Below, piece after piece: positions 12,039-21,271 of a stretch of 46,436 bases of DNA. The notes under the pieces are model-generated. The model was not told where the DNA came from. It saw only the letters and a list, made by a program, of their open reading frames with translations, and ran no database searches. A program made the position numbers and the translations under genes. The stretch is from Nemertoderma westbladi (lineage: Eukaryota > Animalia > Xenacoelomorpha). Positions within the stretch are counted from its first letter, which is position 1, and every line of letters begins with the position of its first letter. Location: positions 1 to 46,436 of the forward strand of contig JAUCBJ010007079.1 in the NCBI GenBank assembly GCA_032718475.1, in the 5' to 3' direction.

Positions 12039-13256
12039 TGTTCGCGCTTTCAGACCTTTGGCAGTTTAACCCACCAAATTAAGATGTCTGCTAGATATTA
12101 AATCAGTTTTTAGTCTATGACACGTATTTGATTCACTACACTAGTCGAAACCAATCCGTGCGCGGCCATTCACCCGCTGGATATTCCCGGGAGATTGGGT
12201 TCGACGGTTTAATTTTGTTGCTATGTAAGCCTAATGTATTATTCGACTGACAGTATTATATAATCTCTGACAATATTATTTACCTTCGGGAATATTAACA
12301 GTTCCTTTAGGACGTGGCGCTTTATCTATATAAACAGAGTTATGACTTAAACTACTCACAACGATATGGCTCAATTATAATTCACATATATGGCGCATTC
12401 TTTAGGAATGCTTCTTTAACAGACTCACTCATACACAATGCTGCACAATACTGCACACTAATCTGCCGATCTTCACTGATTTTAGTCACATATAAAAGGA
12501 ACACAGACTGACTCATGTAGGGTCTATCAAATAACATTAGATTCACTTCAAACCACTTTAACATAAGTCACAATCGTTTATCTGTAACCTTTCTCTCTTA
12601 CCTTCGGTATATCAAGAATATTGGGTTTCGGGGTTATTTCTCGTTATTCCAAATATAATTATTCATCAACCATATTATGAAGAACTGACGGTAAATAGCA
12701 GTATAAAACAACAATGAAAACACTGATTGTTATGAGTTTGCAATGTTTCAGCAGTCAGCATGTATGATCAGTCAGCAGTGATTCCATGAGTCAGGTAGGT
12801 GCGTTAAAGGATATATGCCCTTTATAATTAAACCTACTAGTGTAAGACTAAAAACTAAAACACGGAGGTGCCAAAGCCGGTTCTTAGGCTCTGGACAAAA
12901 ACATAACACTGAACTACTGAGTTTCTGTATATACCTCCAACACAGAGATCACAAACGCTCTGATTGGTCAACATGAACAACGAGAGAACAGAGAAACAAA
13001 GAAACGTCGACGTGGCAATATCAGCTGCTAGCCGTCGTCATGGTAGCGACACTGTTTTCAAGAGTATCGAGCTTTTACGTCACGGAATTACGGATTATGT
13101 CCTCTAAAGTACAAATACAGAAGAAATAGCTTTTATGTCCGCTAAAACACCAGTACAGCAAGGACACGGCCTTTTTATGCCTGGTAAACCAACTACAGAG
13201 TACTTTACGGGAAAAATAAGGAAAAATAACCGGACAATTCAGTAAAAGCTTTTACA
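12039..13256 (-). repeat. 3' LTR of E2
   Basis: Minus strand TGTAAAAGC...CGCGAACA; matches 19429-20646 with one mismatch seen by eye (12165 G / 19555 A). Confidence 0.95.
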
Positions 13257-13268
13257 CCGCTCCCAGAA
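13257..13268 (-). promoter_or_regulatory. Polypurine tract of E2
   Basis: Minus strand TTCTGGGAGCGG abuts the LTR start; identical at 41500-41511 in E3. Confidence 0.75.
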
Positions 13269-13334
13269 AATGGGATTTTCAGTCTATAAAATATAAAAAT
13301 CACAGTTTCTAAAACATAAAGATACTCTAAACAG

Positions 13335-14695
13335 TTAGTCTTTCTTACGCAGACGGCGTTTACGCAGTTTTTTGAGGCTAGCAAGAGTCTTTTTCTCTTT
13401 GGGGGGAGCCACTTTACTAGGAGGGCCATAACTCCTGGGTGAAGGGTGCAATATGATTGCATCAGAAGGTGTAGGTTTATGGTCGAGGTATCTGCCGTTT
13501 CGATATGCTTCTCCTCGAGCTGATTTTCCTCCGCTCGTAGCTGGATACGTTCATCCAAAAACTCTCGCAGAGAATAGGATCGTCCAAGTTCGATAACTTC
13601 TTAGAGATTCTGGATTTCCCAATCGAATTGAGATAAGGCCAATTCGTTTATCGACTGGACTTACTGTTATAACTTACGTTTATCTGAACAAACGCAGGTT
13701 TCTCTTTTGATCTTTATAGAATAGCGTTTAACTCGTTTCGTACAAAGCTCTCCTTCACCTTGATGAGGGGTTGTATCGCGTTAAACGGGGACGACCATAC
13801 GGTTGGATAGTGATATTAGGTGTCCGCGTCACAATCCGGCTAGGTAAGATGGGCGGCTAGCTAGAAATCACTGTCGGAGTGTTACCGATTAATTGTTAGG
13901 GTAGCACTAGATCTTTGAACAGTGAATACCGTCCGCGAGGATCCGCGACACCACCAGGATCGCAGGTCTGAGGTCCAACTAAGGAATGAGGAGGTTTGAC
14001 CGAGTATTCCGGGACTCTGATCGTAGGTTTACTCTAGGATCGTTAGAGCCGAGTGAGCATAGGTGATACGTCAAACAAGTTTCGCTCGAAACTCCAGTAA
14101 ATATAACGAACACAACTGTATTTAACACAACGTTTCCGTGGATGTTTATGTCTTTCCGTTTATTGGCTGGGTCTAGGGCATTTACCGTAATAATACCCAA
14201 GACGCACGTCTGGTAGGGGAAACGCGGATGATATTTATTTGTAGTTACAATGATTCTATCAAGAATTCCAAATATACGTTGGAGTTACCGCGTTTATTTG
14301 TTTCTTTAGTGCCTTTTCTTTCGAGTCGATTTCGAATAGAATTTTCGCATTCGGATTTCAGTTTATGGTTCCGACTCCGCTGGGCAGGATATATAGTCGA
14401 CATAGTCAGTATTGTGTAAATCGATAGGATGACCAGTGGTTAAGAAGACCATATACGTACCATTACGCTGCGTATATCGAGCAGCGAATTTTCTATAGTC
14501 CAACTCGCGCGCGAGCTGCTCTTGGGACATTGGCGGTTCGATATAACGACCATCGTCCTCCGCAGCAGTTGGACTAACGTCGCCGCGTATTAAGCTATCA
14601 ACAAACGCTTGCAAAAGTAGAGTATATCGCTCCCCGATACCAAGAACATCTTCCATCAACTCCGTCATGTCTGCTATATATGAGTTTATCCACAT
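13335..14695 (-). pseudogene. E2 accessory ORF2, disrupted
   Basis: N-terminus MTELMEDVLGIGERY..GHPIDLH and C-terminus PSDAIILHPSPRSY..KKLRKRRLRKKD (13335-13469) match E3 ORF2; the middle has stops and frameshifts and does not match E3. Confidence 0.8.
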
Positions 14696-14699
14696 TATA

Positions 14700-16325
14700 A
14701 GGAGTTTATATTCAGGCTAGCGAGCGTCGCTGCCTACTCCAATTAACCCCCGGACAGTACGAGATCCTCAGCGCCGATGTGTCGTCGCCGCTGTACTTTC
14801 GCCAACGACGTAGCCGCACAACGACAACGACAACCGACACAAGTCACTCGACTGTCCGTCCCAAAGACTTAGATGTACTTCAGGTTTTCCTTGGAGAGTT
14901 AGGTTACTTTTACGATTGCGACTAGCTACTGTAAACACACCTTAGTAGTAACATTCGCCTATAAACTCACAAGTACCACACACACAACTTGTCACAAATT
15001 ACACACACTCGGGTCACTTGTCCGTTAGTCAATGCCTTCCAGAATGTCACTGTATTATTATGTATCCTTGGATACTATCAGTGCACTATTTATTCCCTAT
15101 GCTATTCAATGGGACAAGCTTTCTATTGTTCTTTTAACTCAATTCTAATTCTAGCGTGGTTGTTGCTATGGTGACATTATGCAAAGCTAGCGGTAGAATT
15201 AGGGTAATTCCAATGCATACAGATCTGGGATGTTATTTAATAGTATTCTTTAATAGTCAATGTTCTGTTTTATACATGACTTTATGAATTTTATCGGCTA
15301 TTGACTATGTTTGGGAGACTTTCGCACACTCATACACATAATAAGATAAATCTCCGCTCCCTTGATCTATTAATTAATGGAATTTTGGGAATGTTATAAA
15401 TTGCGTAAAAATGGCAATTTATTAAATTCATTAAAAGGCATGAATTTAAATTTATTCCCTGAAATTTTATTATTTGATAATTAAATTGACATATTTTGAT
15501 TCTAGAATATGTCTGGGGACACAAGATCCTTAATTCTATGACAATTGTCTTTTTAAGAATATCGGTAAATGCTACGATATCTTAATTGACTAGAATTGCT
15601 GAAGGATCTGAATTTTACAGATTTTGATTTATTAGATTTGCAAATATTAAATAATTAATATTTGAGATGGGCACCGATTTATTCCAGAACTTGTCTGGGG
15701 ACGTTAACCACTGATTCTAGAATTTGTCTTTCAAGTATATCGGTGGGTGCCGCGATATCTTAATCGACTAGAATTACAGATGGTCAAAGGGTTTAACAGA
15801 TTTATTTTGCGTTATACGCTACTGTTAAAGGGACATCACGCTACTATATGTATTATTTAATATACGGTATGAGAGCAATATCGCACGAAGCAATGTCAGT
15901 GTGAAGAGGCAAGTCGTTTCCAAGGTCTACCCAGAGCTTGGTTTAGCCGAGACACGAGGATCTGAACTTTGCATTCCTAATACTCTGCCTACCAATAATA
16001 CTTGAATATAGTAGTGGCTTTATTGTACTTTAATAAGTACGGACATTTCATCTTACTGTAGTTACGTATTTGTAATGTAATACGGACAGTAAGGAAGAAG
16101 GAAAAGAATTATTTCTTGCCGTCGCATTAAATATAATATATACGTAATTAAGTAATAAACGCGAATATATATTGCACTAATCTACTAAATAATCGCTAAA
16201 ATAACATTCTACTGAATAAAATTAAAGAAAACGATTATAATAGAATTACATAGTAATACATACATAAATATAAAAATAATAAAATAATATAAAATAATAG
16301 AGTCACACACCCACTCCATATGTTG
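14700..16325 (-). other. Conserved structured non-coding spacer between ORF1 and ORF2 (E2)
   Basis: Colinear with 43020-44639; many inverted repeats; 132-nt block identical between the copies. Confidence 0.7.
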
Positions 16326-17246
16326 TTACGTTATGGAGTCCCTAGATGTTTGAAGGATTAGGGAGGTGGTCGTGGGAAGAGAATCTTGTCTTCCACAGTT
16401 TCCGGAGAGTCCTCCATTCCCTTCCGATAAACACAAACGACCGACTGGGTGATTGAGTCGCTGCATCCTGAATACAATTCCAGGTTTCCTCTTCGTCCTG
16501 GAATAGTGACGATAGAAACATCGCTCAAAGTATATGACGGCGTCACAAAGCCGATTCCAGGAGCTATAGTGGTCCGTCGCTCTCTGCAGGAGAGGTGAGA
16601 GTCCCTGCGAGACGTCTGATGTTCCAGAGCTCCAATCGCTCTCTCTGATCTTCATGAAGGATCCACTCGCGGAGGGGAGGCCCAGATCCACGGCGTCGTC
16701 CCTGGCAACATGTAATACCGACAGATCTATCCCGGGTTCAAATAACTCCGATCCACCCGTCCGGGTTTCAGGTTCGACTTTCTCCGCTCCCTTGGCTGGT
16801 CTAATCTCAGTCGGAGTAAGATGGGGAGGCCATTCATTCTCCTTACTCAGGAAGTCGGGTTCACCTAACCGGTCTATAGTATCTGTCAGTTCTTGAGGAG
16901 TTGCTCCTCTGGAAGCGATGTCAGTTGGATTAAACTTCTTGGGGCAATATCTCCATTGATCTACATTGGAGCTAAGATTGTCATTATCTGAGGAGTGTGG
17001 TGTTCCCTCAGTTGGGTCGTCTCCCTCACTAGTATCATCTTCCCATTCACTCACCTGGCAGACGCGATCTTGAAGCAGTCTTTCCCTGAGCGTTCTACGG
17101 GAAGGTCCAGTAAGGTACCAACCTACTCTAGTTCTTACCGCATAGGTCTGTAGGGGCTGCGGTTGAGCAGGCCGTTTCTCTAATGTCGCTTCACTCTCCG
17201 TTGTATCTAGTAGACTGTCTGACAGGTTCTGCTTTGCGTCAGACAT
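16326..17246 (-). CDS. E2 ORF1: in-frame internally deleted gag-pol remnant (306 aa)
   Basis: MSDAKQ start fused to post-protease YAVRTRVGWYLTGP, then RNase H tail WRYCPKKFNPTDIASRG and linker HYSSWNRL; no RT or integrase motifs. Confidence 0.75.
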   Translation of the reverse strand: MSDAKQNLSDSLLDTTESEATLEKRPAQPQPLQTYAVRTRVGWYLTGPSRRTLRERLLQDRVCQVSEWEDDTSEGDDPTEGTPHSSDNDNLSSNVDQWRYCPKKFNPTDIASRGATPQELTDTIDRLGEPDFLSKENEWPPHLTPTEIRPAKGAEKVEPETRTGGSELFEPGIDLSVLHVARDDAVDLGLPSASGSFMKIRESDWSSGTSDVSQGLSPLLQRATDHYSSWNRLCDAVIYFERCFYRHYSRTKRKPGIVFRMQRLNHPVGRLCLSEGNGGLSGNCGRQDSLPTTTSLILQTSRDSIT

Positions 17247-18589
17247 GACTATGTATGTACAGTTGAATGCCTACTGCTATATTACAGTCTAAGCAAGTCT
17301 AGTAACTCAGTATGAACTGCTAGCCTAGTAATTAATTACCGTTACTGCTACTCAGTGTAGCGTGATATATATATAATATATTAGAATACCGGTATACTTA
17401 TAGTATATATAACTATATAAGTATTATTACAGACTAGGTTTATCACAGAATACCGGTATAATTTTAGCACAAATATATATAAATATATAATAGGCCTATC
17501 GGAATACCGGTATACAGCTTACAGTTTGTAGGATATATAATTCTGAAATAGAATTAATTACAAGTACCGGTATAATTTCAGCCTAGATTTGTAGAAATAA
17601 AGATAATAGGCCTATCGTAAATACCGGTATATCAATTATTTCAAATAATTGAATTTCTGTTACTTTAGGGTTACTTTGTTACTTTACTTACTTTATTACC
17701 GTTATTTGAGCAGTAATCCAACTGATATTGGGACCTAATGGTTGTATGGTAGGCCTACTATTTATAAATCGTTAGATTTGATTTATAATATATATATACC
17801 CGTTTTAATGGGTTTTGTCAATGTTTGAAATAAATGTTATTATTTCTGGGGGTAATCACTACACAAAGCGGTGCGCTTTCAATGAAGTGTTACTTATGAG
17901 ACACTAAAACAAATAATACTAATTTACCTAAGTTACTTAATACTACAAATTACGTACAATTCGGGTGAGATTACAATCTCTAAATAAACACAAAAATTTA
18001 CAAAAACACAAATACGAATTTTTAGGGTAATTTTACAAGAAGTCTACTAACCAGCCTAACAAAGGGTTAGAAAACCAGTTATTACAACGGACAGGGTACT
18101 ACGGTATTTGAAATAATAAGTAGTAGTAAATACACTGCGTTGTCTAGATAGGAAAATACCACCGCCTGACGACCTATAGCCGTATCGCTATAGGTTCTAC
18201 GTTATGTATCACGGAGTGTTCCTACCTAGAAGTTAATAGAGCTAATCGAATGTGCCTATCAACCACTTTACAACACAAATATAATGTCTACAATAATTAC
18301 TTCGGAAAGTACTGTACACTAAACCCTAAATTAGGTACGAGTACTTATATAACAGACAATCAGTAGTTAAATATACTTGAACAGCTAAAAGAACCACGGC
18401 ATCTGCTGGAGTGACCGATGCACAAAATCACCAGTCTTTACCTACGCCGAGCAGCCCGTGTAGTACCGAGGTTAATTTAACTATAGCGGTATGTATAACA
18501 AACACAATTACTGTAGGAACAAACTTGGGGAATGAATGTTGCGGATAATCGCATAAACTCTGAATAATAAATATTACGCTACGCGTACA

Positions 18590-19133
18590 AACTACTCAAA
18601 CAAAATACAGACCGAACACTGACAGACTACTATCAAGCCTAAACAAACTACGGTATATGCAGACTCCGAAATGATTAGGGAGTATGCGCTCTAACCCAGT
18701 AGTGCGACTTATTCTTTAGTTGGGGGTTTACCTTACAGAGTTCGCTGCCCCTACTGCCTAACCGTACTTAATCGGACAGATGATCTACACACGCGGCAAT
18801 CCGTTCAGACCTAATAACAGCCAGACAACTATCCAGCCTACAAATTATCTAAATAAAATTATACGCTACCCGTACAGACTTACACAAACAAAGTACAGAC
18901 TAAACGATGGCAGACCACTCTCAAGCCTAAATAAACCACAGGACATGCAGACTCCGAAATGATTAGGGAGTATGCGCTCTAACCCAGTAGTGCGACTTAT
19001 TCTTTAGTTGGGGGATTACCTTACAGCGTTCGCTGCCCCTACTGCCTAATCGTACTTAATCGGACAAGTGCTCTACACACACTGTAATCCGTTCGGACCT
19101 AACAGCAATCAGACAACAGCTCAGCCTACAAAT
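18590..19133. repeat. ~288-bp tandem duplication in E2 5' UTR
   Basis: agactccgaaatgattagggag... at 18661 and 18949. Confidence 0.9.
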
Positions 19134-19428
19134 CGTCTGTACAATCTGATCAGGCTTACACGCCTTCTGTTCAATACTGACCTACAAATAAATAAAAGTT
19201 GACAGAAATAAGTAAACCATATAAAGGTATAAGGGGTGATCAATCCCTAATCCCCTAAACAGCCTACCGGTATACAACAATCAAATCGAATAATACTAGT
19301 GTACTTATACGGCAGTACCGGTTAGAACAGTTAGGCCTACTGACCTACAGGTGTACCGTTCAGGTTTACCGGTTGACCGGTACTTTCAACTTTATTGCTT
19401 ACTGCAACAAAGAAGCTATATCCTTTAA

Positions 19429-20646
19429 TGTTCGCGCTTTCAGACCTTTGGCAGTTTAACCCACCAAATTAAGATGTCTGCTAGATATTAAATCAGTTTT
19501 TAGTCTATGACACGTATTTGATTCACTACACTAGTCGAAACCAATCCGTGCGCGACCATTCACCCGCTGGATATTCCCGGGAGATTGGGTTCGACGGTTT
19601 AATTTTGTTGCTATGTAAGCCTAATGTATTATTCGACTGACAGTATTATATAATCTCTGACAATATTATTTACCTTCGGGAATATTAACAGTTCCTTTAG
19701 GACGTGGCGCTTTATCTATATAAACAGAGTTATGACTTAAACTACTCACAACGATATGGCTCAATTATAATTCACATATATGGCGCATTCTTTAGGAATG
19801 CTTCTTTAACAGACTCACTCATACACAATGCTGCACAATACTGCACACTAATCTGCCGATCTTCACTGATTTTAGTCACATATAAAAGGAACACAGACTG
19901 ACTCATGTAGGGTCTATCAAATAACATTAGATTCACTTCAAACCACTTTAACATAAGTCACAATCGTTTATCTGTAACCTTTCTCTCTTACCTTCGGTAT
20001 ATCAAGAATATTGGGTTTCGGGGTTATTTCTCGTTATTCCAAATATAATTATTCATCAACCATATTATGAAGAACTGACGGTAAATAGCAGTATAAAACA
20101 ACAATGAAAACACTGATTGTTATGAGTTTGCAATGTTTCAGCAGTCAGCATGTATGATCAGTCAGCAGTGATTCCATGAGTCAGGTAGGTGCGTTAAAGG
20201 ATATATGCCCTTTATAATTAAACCTACTAGTGTAAGACTAAAAACTAAAACACGGAGGTGCCAAAGCCGGTTCTTAGGCTCTGGACAAAAACATAACACT
20301 GAACTACTGAGTTTCTGTATATACCTCCAACACAGAGATCACAAACGCTCTGATTGGTCAACATGAACAACGAGAGAACAGAGAAACAAAGAAACGTCGA
20401 CGTGGCAATATCAGCTGCTAGCCGTCGTCATGGTAGCGACACTGTTTTCAAGAGTATCGAGCTTTTACGTCACGGAATTACGGATTATGTCCTCTAAAGT
20501 ACAAATACAGAAGAAATAGCTTTTATGTCCGCTAAAACACCAGTACAGCAAGGACACGGCCTTTTTATGCCTGGTAAACCAACTACAGAGTACTTTACGG
20601 GAAAAATAAGGAAAAATAACCGGACAATTCAGTAAAAGCTTTTACA
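19429..20646 (-). repeat. 5' LTR of E2
   Basis: Direct repeat of 12039-13256 (offset 7390); CCAAT box on minus strand near 20352-20358. Confidence 0.95.
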
Positions 20647-20673
20647 CATCCTGTCCCTCAGTTAGGTTCACCG

Positions 20674-20951
20674 TGGTAAAACATGATAGGAAAAGGGCAG
20701 ATATAGCGATAATTCTGACTTTATTACAGATAACCAACAATTATATTAATATAAACAATGTAATCTGAAATAACTAATGGATGTAAGAAGTAGAAGTAGA
20801 TTGAATAAGAATAGATAACTAATGAACGAAATCGCACCTTTTATAGCAAATTTGTGCTGCAATCAATCGAGATAAATCTAGATTGTTCTATGAGTTCTAC
20901 TAGGTTTTTAAAGATAATCATTGGTCCAGCGAACACGTATCTTGCACGACA
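20674..20951 (-). repeat. Candidate short LTR of an older element into which E2 inserted
   Basis: Minus strand TGTCGTGC..TATAAAAG (~20840)..AATAAA (~20722)..TTTTACCA followed by CGGTGAACC; no second copy in the window. Confidence 0.3.
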
Positions 20952-21069
20952 TAGGTTACTATCTAATAACTGCAATCCTTCTATCCTGTTAATCTACCTT
21001 GAGCAAATGCAATTTAATTCGTAGCGGTTAATTTAAATGAGTTGAAACTCAGCACAAAAAATAATTCAC

Positions 21070-21140
21070 ACTTACTAGGATTCGAACTCGATACCTACTA
21101 CACGAATTTCCAACGCTTAACCGACTGAGCTACTGAACCA
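21070..21140 (-). mobile_element. tRNA-derived SINE head / tRNA-like Pol III promoter relic
   Basis: Minus strand A box TAGCTCAGTCGG (21121-21132) and B box GTTCGAATCC (21078-21087) at tRNA spacing; no intact acceptor stem. Confidence 0.6.
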
Positions 21141-21271
21141 CTTGAACAACGTTATACAAATAGATATGGTAAATGCAAATGAGGACTTAATGTAATCTTT
21201 ATAGCAAAGTTAATTCGAACAAAATAAAATTTTGAAAATCCACGGCATTTATAGAATATAATTCTATACAG

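Larger units (their letters stand above)
12039..20646 (-). mobile_element. Complete non-autonomous BEL/Pao-derived LTR element E2
   Basis: Two 1218-bp direct repeats with TGT..ACA ends, 5-bp TSD CATCC (12034-12038, 20647-20651), PPT next to the left LTR, internal Pao pol remnants. Confidence 0.95.

Noticed and set aside
12314-12564. Short ORFs repeated at 19704-19954
   Set aside because: Identical only because they lie in the LTRs; no recognisable motifs.
19404-19428. Resemblance of the PBS region to the 5' end of vertebrate mitochondrial tRNA-Leu
   Set aside because: Same-sense, short, AT-rich similarity recalled from memory; no cloverleaf and it could not act as a primer match.
21070-21140. 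Functional tRNA gene
   Set aside because: A/B boxes are present but acceptor and anticodon stems do not pair; SINE-like relic.
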